Source: an uncultured Actinomycetota bacterium
Lineage (GTDB): Bacteria; Actinomycetota; Actinomycetes; JAHEKZ01
Direction of reading: 5' to 3'
Assembly: GCA_963718235.1 (NCBI GenBank)
Contig: CAVQYR010000001.1
Location: forward strand, 320,001 to 384,000
Length of the DNA: 64,000 nucleotides
Part shown: positions 19,568 to 29,584 of the stretch, in pieces
Position numbering within the stretch: the first letter of the stretch is position 1
Layout of the letters: each line of letters begins with the position of its first letter
The notes under the pieces: generated by a model
What the model saw: only the letters and a program-made list of their open reading frames with translations
What the model was told of the DNA's origin: nothing
Databases searched by the model: none
Translations under genes and position numbers: made by a program

Positions 19568-20722
19568 CCAAGTTGATCTTGGACTTGATGTGCCATCTCA
19601 ACCTGTTTGGCCGACATCTTCTGCATGATCAACGCGAGCCAGGACGACGCCGGCGTCCACCTGGCTCTTGGGTGAACGAGAAGTCCGGGTGGCCGGTCCA
19701 GCCCCGGGCGCGTAGCGCGGCGGCCACCGGCTGGACCACCGTCTGCGGCGATCGGAGCATGTGCTGCTCGAGGTGGACCACCAGGAAACCGGCCTCCTGC
19801 AACCGGTTGCGCCGGTCCAGGTCGTCGGCGTACTGGTCGGCGTCTCGGTGGTAGCGCCCCTCGTACTCAACGGCTATCCGGTACTCCCGGATGCAGAGGT
19901 CGACCCGGGCGACGAACCGCCCGCCCGGGTCGGTGATGACCACGTTGGGCTCGGCGGCCGGCAGCCCGGACAGGTGGAGCCACACCCGCACAATGCTCTC
20001 CGGCGGCGACTCGGCGCGGGCGTCGAGCAGCTGCGCCGCCCGGCGCGCCGTGAGAATGCCCCGACGGCGGGTGCCCCTGCCCACGATTGACTCGATGTCC
20101 GGCTGCGTGGCCTGCCCGCTGCGCAGCGCCGCGTCGCCGAAGGCCACCAGCTGCTCCAGGCGCAGAGTCGGCGCCAGGTCCATGAACGCGCGGGCGGCCG
20201 AGACGACCGGCACGCCGTCCACCTGGGTGACGTGTTCCGGTGGAAGCCAGCACCCGTGGGAGGTCACCTGCTGACGCCGGGTCACGGTGGCTTCGCGCGG
20301 TACGGCGACGTGCAGCGGCTCCCGCTCACTGACGAAGACCGGCAGGCTCAGCAGTCGGGCACCGGTGCTCAGGCAGAACGCCGACCCGCTGGGCAGCACC
20401 TGGGTGAGCGCCTGGCAGCGGGTGAGCAGGGTGTCCTCGGTGTCGGCGGGCAGGTAGACGTCGCGGCTGAGCCGGCGGAACCGTCGTCCGCGCAGCTGGC
20501 TGGCCGTGACCCCTGGGGGGAGGTCGCTGGCTCGAAGGATGGAGGTTGAGGTCATGCCGCACCCTGAGGCTCCTGGCCGCGGCGCACGGCTGCCCGCCTG
20601 AGCGCTGTGGACGACGGAGCCGTTCACCGGCTCGCAGTCACCCCGCCCCCGCCAAAGTTGATCAAGCAGAAGATGAGGGCCAAACACGTTGAGGTGGCAC
20701 ATCAAGTCCAAGATCAACTTGG
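19568..20722. mobile_element. Putative IS-like element: 66-bp terminal inverted repeats enclosing a DUF559-type nuclease gene
   Basis: 19568-19633 and 20657-20722 are reverse complements at 61/66 nt, and the outer 28 bp are perfect. Mobility is inferred, and no target-site duplication is seen. Confidence 0.6.
19629..20555 (-). CDS. AbiEi-like N-terminus plus DUF559/Vsr-like PD-(D/E)XK endonuclease
   Basis: FRRLSRDVYL, SAARAFMDLA, RAESPPESIVR, RVDL...IAVEYEGRYH, DLDRRNRL...GFLVVHL. Confidence 0.85.
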   Translation of the reverse strand: MTSTSILRASDLPPGVTASQLRGRRFRRLSRDVYLPADTEDTLLTRCQALTQVLPSGSAFCLSTGARLLSLPVFVSEREPLHVAVPREATVTRRQQVTSHGCWLPPEHVTQVDGVPVVSAARAFMDLAPTLRLEQLVAFGDAALRSGQATQPDIESIVGRGTRRRGILTARRAAQLLDARAESPPESIVRVWLHLSGLPAAEPNVVITDPGGRFVARVDLCIREYRIAVEYEGRYHRDADQYADDLDRRNRLQEAGFLVVHLEQHMLRSPQTVVQPVAAALRARGWTGHPDFSFTQEPGGRRRRPGSR

Positions 20723-20742
20723 ACGCTGGGGGTGGAGGTGGG

Positions 20743-21744
20743 TCAGATCCAGCGCTTGCGGCGGAAGACGACGTACAGGGTGCCGCTCATACCCACCCAG
20801 ACCAGCGTGCTGGTGAAGAAGCCGGCCGGTTGCAGGAACCCGGGGTAGGGCACGTTCTGCCCGTAGAACCCGGTCACCGCCGTGGGGACGGCGATGATGG
20901 CCGCCCAACCGGTGAGCTTCTTCATCACCGTGTTCAGGGTGTGGTCGGCCATCGCCAGGCGGGTCTCGTAGATCGTGGTCAGCAGGTCGCGCAGGCCCTC
21001 GATCGAGTCGTTGACCCGCAGGACGTGGTCGTACACGTCCTGGTAGTACGGCATCAGCCCGGGCTGGACCGGCGTCGGGTCGTCCTCCTCGCGCCGCATC
21101 AGTCCGCTCACGAGCTCGCGCATGGGCTGGGCGACCCGGCGCAGCCGCACGAGCGACTTGCGCGTGGCGAAGCCACGACGTTGGAGGTCACGGGGGTCGT
21201 CGTCGACCGAGGCCGGGCCGTCGAAGAGGAGGTCCTCCATGCGGTCGACGTCGTCGCCCAGGGCGTCGACGGTGTCCAGGTGGGAGTCGACGACCAGGTC
21301 GAGCACGGCGTACAGCAGCGCCGGGCTTCCGTACTTCAGAAGCTCCGGGTGTTCGCTCCACCGCTCAGCCAGCTCTCGGTGAGTGAAGCCGTGGGCCCGG
21401 TTCACCGCCACGACCCAACGGCTGGAGACGAATACGCCGATGTCGGCCAGCCGGAGAGCCCCGGCCTCGTCCAGCGAGGTCCGGTACAGGTAGAGGAAGG
21501 AGTAGCCGGGGTAGCGGTCGAGCTTGCTGCGCTGGCCCATCTCTACCGCGGGCGGCGCGGGTTTCACTGCGTCGTCGACGGAGTGGTGGTGCAGGCCGAG
21601 CGGCTCGGCCAGTCCGGAAAGCTCTCGAGGCTCGACCTCGAACCACACGCACGTTCCCGGCTCGTGAAGGGCCTGGAGCCCCACGTTGAGCGAGGCGGAC
21701 TCAGTGCTCAGTGCTCCGTCGCGCAGGATCCGGACCGTGGCCAC
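20743..21744 (-). CDS. corA: CorA family magnesium transporter
   Basis: QRSKLDRY, YYQDVYDH, LNTVMKKLT, TGFYGQN signature, two C-terminal TMs. Start uncertain (GTG 21744 or 21804). Confidence 0.9.
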   Translation of the reverse strand: MATVRILRDGALSTESASLNVGLQALHEPGTCVWFEVEPRELSGLAEPLGLHHHSVDDAVKPAPPAVEMGQRSKLDRYPGYSFLYLYRTSLDEAGALRLADIGVFVSSRWVVAVNRAHGFTHRELAERWSEHPELLKYGSPALLYAVLDLVVDSHLDTVDALGDDVDRMEDLLFDGPASVDDDPRDLQRRGFATRKSLVRLRRVAQPMRELVSGLMRREEDDPTPVQPGLMPYYQDVYDHVLRVNDSIEGLRDLLTTIYETRLAMADHTLNTVMKKLTGWAAIIAVPTAVTGFYGQNVPYPGFLQPAGFFTSTLVWVGMSGTLYVVFRRKRWI

Positions 21745-21867
21745 GCCCCTACCGTAGAGCCCCTCACGGCCGCAGGGGCCTGCGTCGCGGCGGGGCATCG
21801 TCACCCGAAACCTCGGTGGTCTCCTGGCGGCCGTATAGTTTCGTTGCCGCTCGAACCAGGGTGCGTT

Positions 21868-21958
21868 GGAGGCGTCGCCTAGCCCGGTTTATGGCGCCCG
21901 CCTGCTAAGCGGGTTGGGGACTCAAAGCCCCTCGCGGGTTCAAATCCCGCCGCCTCCG
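21868..21958 (+). tRNA. tRNA-Ser (anticodon GCT)
   Basis: GGAGGCG/CGCCTCC acceptor, CCCGC-CTGCTAA-GCGGG anticodon arm, long variable arm, GGTTCAAATCC. Confidence 0.95.
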
Positions 21959-22053
21959 CTGGTCAGCCCGTCCCGGTCGTCGTGATCGGGGCGGGCTGTT
22001 CCGCCTTGTTGGCGGGCAGGTTGCGGGTGACGAGCTGCACTCGGGGGGCGATC

Positions 22054-22761
22054 ATGGTTGACCCGGCTGCCACGTTGGCCGTTGCCCTACTGCGTTCGGC
22101 CGACTGCGAGGCAGCAACCGGCGGTTGGCTCAGCCAGCCAGCCAATGCGGTGTCGAGCCTCGCCTACGTCGTGGCCGGGCTGTGGGTCCTGTACTGGGCG
22201 CGCCGTCGTGACGATGTCGACGTGCGTCAAGCTGTCGGCTACGGCCTCGCTGTGTTCCTGACCGGACTCGGGAGTGCCGACTACCACGGCACTCGCTCAC
22301 CCGCATCGTCCTTCCTGCACGACTGGGGGATTTCGTCGACCTTGTTGTTCATCGTGGTGTTCGACTTGTCGCTGCTGCTCGGGTGGGAGCGTGCCAAGCA
22401 GTGGGCCGCCTTCCTCGCCGCGGTTGCGACGACCGGCGTGGTGCTCATGGTGGCGCCGACGATGGGCGCAGCACTCACCGGAGCGGGTGCGCTTGCGGTG
22501 GTCGTCGCCGAGGGCGGACTCCTCGTCACTGGACGACGGTCGTGGTGGCGTCCGGGAGGCTCCCCCGAGGCGGCGGCGTACTCGATGGCGGCGACGGCCC
22601 TGCTGGTGAGTGTGGTCGTCTACCTGGCGAGTCGCGCCAACGGCGTCCTGTGCGACCCGGACTCGTTGCTCCAAGGGCACGCGGCCTGGCATGTTCTGAC
22701 GGCGCTGGCGCTCGGAGGCTGGGCTCGGGCCTCACTCCCCGGGGCCGGGCCGCGGCACTGA
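22054..22761 (+). CDS. Ceramidase/CREST-superfamily membrane protein
   Basis: CE...QPANAVSSLAY, GLGSADYH, D, C-terminal GHAAWHVL, about 7 TMs. Confidence 0.7.
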   Translation: MVDPAATLAVALLRSADCEAATGGWLSQPANAVSSLAYVVAGLWVLYWARRRDDVDVRQAVGYGLAVFLTGLGSADYHGTRSPASSFLHDWGISSTLLFIVVFDLSLLLGWERAKQWAAFLAAVATTGVVLMVAPTMGAALTGAGALAVVVAEGGLLVTGRRSWWRPGGSPEAAAYSMAATALLVSVVVYLASRANGVLCDPDSLLQGHAAWHVLTALALGGWARASLPGAGPRH

Positions 22762-22964
22762 GCGCCCGGCGCCTGGCCACAGGGACGTCGGGTCACGCGC
22801 GCCTGGGCGGCAGCCCATTCCTGGAAAAGGGCATGGCTGCTCAGCAGTACTCGCTCCCTGCCGACCGCCTTGCCGGCCCAGGAGCTCCAAGACAGACGAC
22901 CCGGTGGTCGCGAGACACCGTTGGAGTAGCGTGCCGTGCCGTCGAGCGGTGGAGGAAGTCGCGT

Positions 22965-23915
22965 ATGCGGTTGGACAACCTGCGCCGGCGGTCCGGAGGC
23001 GTGGGCGACCGTCGCGGACAGCCAGGTCGGTCGTCCCGCCCCTCTACGGGAGGCTTCCCGGGCGGTGGCCAGGGTGGTCGAGGTGGGCTCGGTGGTCTGC
23101 CGATTCCCGTGGGCCGAGGCGGGTTCGGCGTCGTGGCCCTGTTGATCGTGGTCGTGGCGTTCCTCGTGCTGACCCAGTGCCTGGGCGGCTCAGGCCTGAT
23201 CCCGAACCCCGGCGCGATCGATGGGTTCCCCGGTGTCAGTGGCAGCGGCGGCGGGACCGAGGTCGACCCGAGCGACCCCACGGGCGCATTCGTGGACGCC
23301 GTTGCCGACGACGTCCAGATCACGTGGGACGACGTGTTTCGGCGCGCGGGCCAGCAGTACCGTCCGACCGAAGTTGTGCTGTTCCGCGGTCGGACGCCGA
23401 CCGGTTGTGGGCTGGGATCGGCCGACACTGGCCCGTTCTACTGTCCCGCCGACAGCACGGTGTACCTGGACACGTCGTTCTTCGCCCTGTTGGACAAGCG
23501 TTTCGGAGCGGCTGGAGACTTCGCCCAGGCCTACGTGCTGGCCCACGAGATCGGCCACCACGTGCAGAATCTGCTGGGAATCAACGGCCAGGTGCAGGAG
23601 GCCAGTCAGCAGAACCCGTCACAGGCCAACGACTTGTCGATCCGGATGGAGCTGCAGGCCGACTGCCTGGCCGGCGTCTGGGCGCACTCCGCCGACGAGC
23701 GAGGCGTGCTGGAGGCCGGTGACCTGGAGGAGGGGCTCCAAGCGGCAGCCGCTGTGGGAGACGACCGGATCCAGGCTTCGGTGACCGGGCGGATCGATCC
23801 GGAGTCGTGGACTCATGGTTCGGCCGAACAGCGGGTGCGGTGGCTGCGGCGAGGGTTCGACTCCGGCACGATCGAGTCGTGCGACACGTTCTCGGTTGCG
23901 AGCAACGAGCTGTGA
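22965..23915 (+). CDS. Neutral zinc metallopeptidase (YpfJ/KPN_02809 family)
   Basis: GPFYCPAD, AYVLAHEIGHHVQ, ELQADCLAG, THGSAEQR. GGAGG RBS. Confidence 0.92.
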   Translation: MRLDNLRRRSGGVGDRRGQPGRSSRPSTGGFPGGGQGGRGGLGGLPIPVGRGGFGVVALLIVVVAFLVLTQCLGGSGLIPNPGAIDGFPGVSGSGGGTEVDPSDPTGAFVDAVADDVQITWDDVFRRAGQQYRPTEVVLFRGRTPTGCGLGSADTGPFYCPADSTVYLDTSFFALLDKRFGAAGDFAQAYVLAHEIGHHVQNLLGINGQVQEASQQNPSQANDLSIRMELQADCLAGVWAHSADERGVLEAGDLEEGLQAAAAVGDDRIQASVTGRIDPESWTHGSAEQRVRWLRRGFDSGTIESCDTFSVASNEL

Positions 23916-23949
23916 CGAGGACGTCCAGGTGCGAGGACAGGAGAACGCC

Positions 23950-24576
23950 ATGACCGACCCCGTCGTCACCGTGCGAGGTGAGGCCGTCGTCGCCGGGCGT
24001 CCGGACGAGGGTATCTGGACCGTCGAGGTCACCCGACAGGACAGCGGTGCTTCGTCGGCGCTCGCGGAGGTTGCCACGCGCAGCCAGGCTCTGGAGTCGC
24101 TGTTCGACGAGCTCGGCATTACGTCGGCGAAGAGGTCGACGAGCGGAGTGACTGTCCACGAGGAGTTCGACTACGTCGATGGCAAGCAGGCACACCGTGG
24201 CTTCCGGGCGACGAACTCCGTCGTGGTCCGGGTCGCAGACTCGTCGGTCGCTGCGACCCTGGTCGAACAGGCAGTGACCCGGGCAGGAGCGAGCGTGCAG
24301 GGACCGACCTGGTTCGTGGCCGCGGACAACCCGGCCCGACTCGACGCATGTCGTCTGGCTGCCGCGGAAGCGAAGCAGAAGGCCGAGGCGTACGCGGCTG
24401 CACTCGGGCTTCGCCTTGGTGCGGTGTCCGAGATCCGGGAGGCACAGGAGGGCACGGGCGTGCTGCCGCGCACGGGGATGCTCAGGGCCGCCTCGATGGA
24501 GGCCTCGGTTCCGGTCGACTCTGGTGACCTGAGCATCGTGGCGCGAGTCGACGTGACCTTCCGCCTCGCGGACTGA
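23950..24576 (+). CDS. SIMPL (DUF541) domain protein
   Basis: VTVRGEAVV...PD, GFRATNSVVV, AAEAKQKAEAYAAALGLRLG. Confidence 0.8.
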   Translation: MTDPVVTVRGEAVVAGRPDEGIWTVEVTRQDSGASSALAEVATRSQALESLFDELGITSAKRSTSGVTVHEEFDYVDGKQAHRGFRATNSVVVRVADSSVAATLVEQAVTRAGASVQGPTWFVAADNPARLDACRLAAAEAKQKAEAYAAALGLRLGAVSEIREAQEGTGVLPRTGMLRAASMEASVPVDSGDLSIVARVDVTFRLAD

Positions 24577-24583
24577 GCCGACG

Positions 24584-24952
24584 ATGAGCAGAACGCGCCG
24601 GAGCTCCGCGAAGCACATCCGAGCGGTGGCTCTGGGCTTTCCCGAGTCGACTGAGCAGGTGACGTGGGACGTGCACCCGACCTTCCGGGTTCGCAACAAG
24701 ATGTTCGTCATCCTCAGCGAGGACGGGGCGACGGCCACAGTCAAGGCGACGCTCGAAGAGCAGCGGGCGCTGGTCCACCGATCCCCGGACACCTACGCCG
24801 TGGCGTCCTACGTCGGACGTTTCGGCTGGGTGTCGGTGACCCTCGAGGCGGCCGATCAAGCCGAGGTCGCCGAGCTGGTCGAGGATGCGTGGCGGTCGGT
24901 CGCCCCGAAGCGCCTGGTCACGGCTTGGGAGCAGCGAACGGCACCAGGCTGA
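24584..24952 (+). CDS. MmcQ/YjbR family protein
   Basis: ALGFPES, PTFRVRNKMF, YVGRFGWV, ELVEDAWRSVAPKRL. Confidence 0.85.
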   Translation: MSRTRRSSAKHIRAVALGFPESTEQVTWDVHPTFRVRNKMFVILSEDGATATVKATLEEQRALVHRSPDTYAVASYVGRFGWVSVTLEAADQAEVAELVEDAWRSVAPKRLVTAWEQRTAPG

Positions 24953-25021
24953 GTGGTCCACCCGGGGATTTCCGCTGCACTCGGGCCTGCCGGTAGACTC
25001 CCGACCCGGCCGCAAGGCCAT

Positions 25022-25094
25022 GCGCCCGTAGCTCAACGGATAGAGCATCTGACTACGGATCAGAAGGTTGGGAGTTCGAGTCTCTCCGGGCGCG
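25022..25094 (+). tRNA. tRNA-Arg (anticodon ACG)
   Basis: GCGCCCG/CGGGCGC acceptor, TCTGA-CTACGGA-TCAGA anticodon arm, GTTCGAGTC T-loop. Confidence 0.96.
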
Positions 25095-25111
25095 CAACGT
25101 TCGCCCAGGTC

Positions 25112-25717
25112 TCATTCCGACGTTCGTCCCACCAGCAGGGCGATCGCGGCAATCAGTCGGGTAGCCACGATGTCCGGGTCCGCGCGTCGAGTCGAAATGG
25201 CGAGCTCCATGCCATCGACTAGGGACAGGATGGCTTCGAGAAGCTCTTCTCGGCTCAGCGCAGACTGAAACGTGCCTTGCGCAAGACCGCGATCGAGCAA
25301 GCCCTCGATGAGTTGAGCCCAAGCCTTGTTGACCTCGTCGACGATCTGTTGGAGCGTCGCCACCCGCACAGCCGTCGCGGACAGCTCGATCCATGAAGCA
25401 GCGTCGTTGTCCTCGGTTGCTCCGAGGAATCGGAAGACTGCGACCAACCCCTCCCACGGGTCAACGGCTTCCGCGGAAAGGGCCGCCGCCGCATCGAGGG
25501 CATCGATCGTCTGCAGGCGGTACGCGTCGAAGACGAGAGCGTCGCGTGATCCGAAGTAGTGCTGCAGCGTGCCGATGGAGACTCTCGCAGCTTCCGCCAC
25601 GTCGACGAGCCGTACGGATTCGGCGCCCTTGCTTGCGATGGCGGTTCGTGCGGAACGAAGGATCTGCTCGCGCCGCGCAAGCATCGCTTCAGAGGGTGGT
25701 CGTTCGCTGGTCCTCAC
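25112..25717 (-). CDS. TetR/AcrR family regulator (BetI-type C-terminus)
   Basis: RREQILRSA...VRLVDVAEAARVSIGTLQHYFGSRDAL HTH. Start uncertain. Confidence 0.88.
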   Translation of the reverse strand: MRTSERPPSEAMLARREQILRSARTAIASKGAESVRLVDVAEAARVSIGTLQHYFGSRDALVFDAYRLQTIDALDAAAALSAEAVDPWEGLVAVFRFLGATEDNDAASWIELSATAVRVATLQQIVDEVNKAWAQLIEGLLDRGLAQGTFQSALSREELLEAILSLVDGMELAISTRRADPDIVATRLIAAIALLVGRTSE

Positions 25718-25771
25718 GATGCTCCAGAGTAGGCCAATCGATGGTCGGGCCGAGGACGGCGGCAACCCGCT

Positions 25772-27282
25772 TCAGCTGGTGGTGGCGGATTCTTGTCTCA
25801 GCTTGAACTTCTGAAGCTTGCCGGTGGCGGTGCGGGGGAGAGCCTGACGAAACTCGATGCGCTTGGGACACTTGAAGCCAGCCAACGACTGGCGGCAGTA
25901 CGCGATCACATCGTCGGGCGTCAGGTTCGGATCGTCGGTCACTACAAGGGCTGTGACCACTTCGCCCCACTTCTCGTCGGGGGTGCCGATGATCGCGACC
26001 TCGCGGACGGCCGGATGCGAGGAGATCACGTCCTCGACCTCGATCGACGACACGTTCTCGCCCCCGCTGATGATGACGTCCTTCTTGCGGTCCTTGATCG
26101 TGAGGTAGCCGTCAGTGAGCGTGCCACCGTCACCGGTGTGGAACCAGCCGCCGTGGACAGCCTCTGAGGTGGCGTCTCGCTGGTCCCAGTAGGAAGCCAG
26201 CACCACGTTCCCCTGGGCGAGGACCTCACCGGAGTCGTCGACGTCGAGTCGGACGCCGAGGGCCGGTGTGCCGGCCCGCACGAGCTTCCGAGCTCTCTCC
26301 GACGCGGCGAGGTCGTCCCACTCCTGGCGGCGCCGGTTGACGGTGAGCAGCGGTGCTGTCTCGGTGAGCCCGTAGATCTGGATGAACTCCCAGCCGAGCA
26401 CCGCTTCGATCTGCTCGATGACATGGGTGGGCGGAGGGGCACCGGCGACCACGACCCGCACGGAGTCGCGTCCGGGGATCGGCCCGTCCCACCCTGCGGC
26501 GGCCTCGAGGACCATGGCCAGCACGGTCGGGGCGCCACACAAGATGGTGACCCCGTGGCGCTCGATGCGGTTCAGGATCTCCCGTCCGTTCACCTGTCGC
26601 AGCACGATGTGCTTGCCGCCCAGGCCGGTGAGGGCGAAGGGCATTCCCCAGCCATTCACATGGAACATCGGGAGGGTGTGCAGCAGCACGTCTCGGTCGC
26701 TCAGACCCAAGTGGACCGCCATCGTCATGGCATTGACCCACAGGTTGCGGTGCGTGAGCTGAACGCCCTTTGGGCGTGCCGTCGTGCCTGAGGTGTAGTT
26801 GATGGCGGCCGTCGCGTTCTCATCGCCGGCCCACGGCTCTGCAGATCCCTTCCCAAGAAGAACTCGTCGTCGCACTCGCCGAGCACGAAGGCATTGCGCA
26901 CCGACACCTCGTCGAGGACGTGACGAAGGTCGGGGTCGGCAAACAACGTCTCCGCCCCGCTGTGCGCCTCGATGTAGGAGATCTCCGCCGGGGTGAGTCT
27001 GAAGTTGATCGGCACCAGCACCCGACCCGAACCACTGACCCCGAAGAAGGAGGCCAGCAGTCGGGCGGAGTTGTGCGACACGATCGCCACCCGCCCGCGG
27101 ACGGGTACGTCGAGACCCTCGAGGGCAGCCGACTGCGCCTGGGCCACTGCCGAGAGGTCGTCGTAGGTCCACGGGCCGATGGCTCCAGCCGGCTGGTCAG
27201 GCTCGTCGACGACCGCGACCCGGTCTCCGTAGACGAGCCGTGCCCGGTCGATGAAGTCGTTGACGGTGAGCGGAACGAGCAT
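25772..27282 (-). pseudogene. Acyl-CoA synthetase (AMP-binding) split by a frameshift near 26850
   Basis: N-terminal part MLVPLTVNDFIDRA...LGECDDEFF is in one frame, and EPWAGDENATAAINYTSGTTARPKG...TATGKLQK is in another. Could be a sequencing error. Confidence 0.8.
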
Positions 27283-27329
27283 CGACGGCACCTCGGACTG
27301 CTAGACGCGGAGACCCCTTGTGAAGGCGT

Positions 27330-27346
27330 AATAATGCCGTACTATT
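27330..27346. promoter_or_regulatory. AT-rich imperfect palindrome with -10-like hexamer in the divergent intergenic region (possible TetR operator, leaderless promoter)
   Basis: AATAATGC-C-GTACTATT (6/8 symmetric). TACTAT ends 7 nt before the GTG at 27353. Confidence 0.4.
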
Positions 27347-27352
27347 CCTCGA

Positions 27353-29047
27353 GTGTCACCCTCCGAGACTGCACACGACCCCCTGTACCTGCCGTTCGCC
27401 GAGGCGCCGGCAGGGGCGGAGTCGGTGGTGGTGCCGATGCGCGACGGCACCGGGCTGCACGCCGACGTTTATCTCCCGACGAGTGCCCGCTCTGCCCGAG
27501 TTCCGGCCGTCCTCATCAGAGCTCCGTACGGCGTCCGGGAGAGCTTCATGTTGCTGCCGGAGATCGCCCGGTACCTGGCACAGCGCGGCATGGCGACGGT
27601 GGTTCAGGACGTCAGGGGCAAGTTCCGCTCAGGCGGTGAGCGCGTTCCCTTCCTCCACGAGGTCAGCGATGGGTACGACACCCTGGAGTGGCTGTCGACC
27701 CAGCGATGGTGCAACGGTGCCGTTGGCATGTATGGGGAGTCGTACTACGGCTTCACCCAGTGGGCTGCGGTCGCGTCAGGCCATCCGGCGCTGAAGGCGA
27801 TCGCCCCGATCGTCACTGGTTCCGAGCTGCCGATGTGGCACGCGCGGAGCGGCACCGTCCCGTTCCTGGCCGCACCGGTCGGCTGGTTCGCCGGCACTTG
27901 GGAGTCAGAGTCGATCTTCGTGCGCGAGGAGTCCGATGTCCTCGACTTCACGCGGGTGCCGATCCTCGATGTGCTCGCCGCGGAGTTCCCGCACGCCCGA
28001 GACCTGGTCTCCGACTTGGTGGTGGCGCCGTCGTCTGACCTACTCGCGCGGACGTACCCGACCGGGTCGCCCGCGCCCCGCGTGAGCATTCCTGTGCTGC
28101 ACCGAGGTGGCTGGTGGGACAACATCAAGGGCTCTCAACTCGATGACTGGCGCACCGTCCAGCATGCTCCGGCTCGTGACCAGCAGTGGCTGGAGATGGC
28201 CGCGATGGATCACTACAGCGAGCCTTACGGGGTCGGGGCGTCGGTAACTGCCAATGACGATCTCGATCCGCAGGCGGTCGTCGAACGCATCACCGGCTCG
28301 GCGGCGGCTTTTCTCGAGCACCACCTTCAGGTGCGTGACGGCGGCAGGCGACCTCGAGTCCGTGTCGAGGTGGCCAACGGCGGGTGGCTCGACGCGGACC
28401 GCTGGCCGTTGCCGGGCACCGAAGAGCTGGTCTGGCACCTGTCTGGTGCGTCAGCTGCCTTGGCGTCCAGCGACGGCGGCGCGCTCTCGACCGGCGCCGA
28501 CACCGATCGGACGACGGTTGCCTGGACCCACCGACCCGACGACCTGGTGCCGTCGCTGACAGTCAGCGACTTCCACATCTTGCCGGTGCTGCCGGACGAG
28601 AACGCCGTCCACGCGCGAAACGACGTCGCCACCTTCACCAGTGAACCCCTCGCCCACGATGTATTGATCGCCGGCGATGTGAAGGCGTTGCTGACCATCC
28701 GCTCGTCCTGCGTGTCGGTTCCCGTCCTCGCAGGTCTGCATCGGGTCAGCAGTGGCGTTGCCACGTTGGTCACCGAGGGGTCACGCGCTGTCGTCGTCGA
28801 TGGCGGCGAGGCCGTCGTCGAGGTCGACCTCGGCGCCGTGGCGATCGGAGTGCCTGCCGGTGACCGGTTGAGGCTGTCGGTCAGCGTCAGCCGGTTCCCT
28901 CGGTACCTGCCACCGTCGGGCACCGTCGAGAGCTCGTGGCTGGCGGCCGACCGAAGGCCGTTCGACGTCGCGCTGGTCGTCGGGGGAGGGTCGGCAGCCC
29001 AGCTCAGAGTCCCAGTGCTGCCCCAATCGCCGGGCTGGTCTCGGTGA
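27353..29047 (+). CDS. CocE/NonD family hydrolase (peptidase S15)
   Basis: VPMRDGTGLHADVYLP, QDVRGKFRSGG, DGYDTLEW, GESYYG nucleophile, GGWWD. Confidence 0.9.
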   Translation: MSPSETAHDPLYLPFAEAPAGAESVVVPMRDGTGLHADVYLPTSARSARVPAVLIRAPYGVRESFMLLPEIARYLAQRGMATVVQDVRGKFRSGGERVPFLHEVSDGYDTLEWLSTQRWCNGAVGMYGESYYGFTQWAAVASGHPALKAIAPIVTGSELPMWHARSGTVPFLAAPVGWFAGTWESESIFVREESDVLDFTRVPILDVLAAEFPHARDLVSDLVVAPSSDLLARTYPTGSPAPRVSIPVLHRGGWWDNIKGSQLDDWRTVQHAPARDQQWLEMAAMDHYSEPYGVGASVTANDDLDPQAVVERITGSAAAFLEHHLQVRDGGRRPRVRVEVANGGWLDADRWPLPGTEELVWHLSGASAALASSDGGALSTGADTDRTTVAWTHRPDDLVPSLTVSDFHILPVLPDENAVHARNDVATFTSEPLAHDVLIAGDVKALLTIRSSCVSVPVLAGLHRVSSGVATLVTEGSRAVVVDGGEAVVEVDLGAVAIGVPAGDRLRLSVSVSRFPRYLPPSGTVESSWLAADRRPFDVALVVGGGSAAQLRVPVLPQSPGWSR

Positions 29048-29262
29048 GCATCGTCGACTCTGGCGGATCCGCATCCAGTCTCCGAGGCCCACGAGCCCCC
29101 GCCGCTGGTGTGCAGACCCGAGCCAGACGTCTGGGCGGGGTGTTGCGAAGCCTGCTGTGGCGGGTGTTCGGACTGATCGTGACGCTCCTGGTCGCCAGCT
29201 TCCTGATCTTCTCCGCGACCTACCTGGTGCCCGGCAGCGTCGTCACGACGATCACAGGCTGA
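29044..29262 (+). pseudogene. Truncated peptide ABC transporter permease (DppB/OppB N-terminus)
   Basis: LLWRVFGLIVTLLVASFLIFSATYLVPG then an abrupt stop. GTGA-coupled to the CocE gene. Confidence 0.65.
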
Positions 29263-29584
29263 GCTCCAGTACCAGTGGGCGGCCATTCGTGGGGACATCC
29301 GCAGGTAGGTACAAGGCGCCCCACCGGGCTACCTCGAAAGGCGTCGATATCCACCTGGCCCTCCTTCGACCTAGAGATCCAGGCGATCGATTCATAGGAA
29401 ACCGGGCAAACCTATGAATTACCCAGCGGTATCTATACCCAGGCGCCCCTGCCTGTGGATTCGGTGTGGCCGGCCGGTTCGAAGAGCCATGACACCGCCT
29501 GGGCGACGGGCGCGGAAGGGGCCGTGGCCGTGATTCCGGTCCTGGCAAACGTGGGTTCGTCGGCGAGTCATCCGCCATTATCGA

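Noticed and set aside
20556-20717. 54-aa N-terminal extension of the DUF559 ORF (MILDLMCHLN...)
   Set aside because: It is translation of the inverted repeat, and the same peptide appears at 19573 on the other strand. The true start is more likely ATG 20555.
29390-29419. 9-bp inverted repeat ATTCATAGG-N12-CCTATGAAT
   Set aside because: Single short palindrome in a junction region with no assignable partner.
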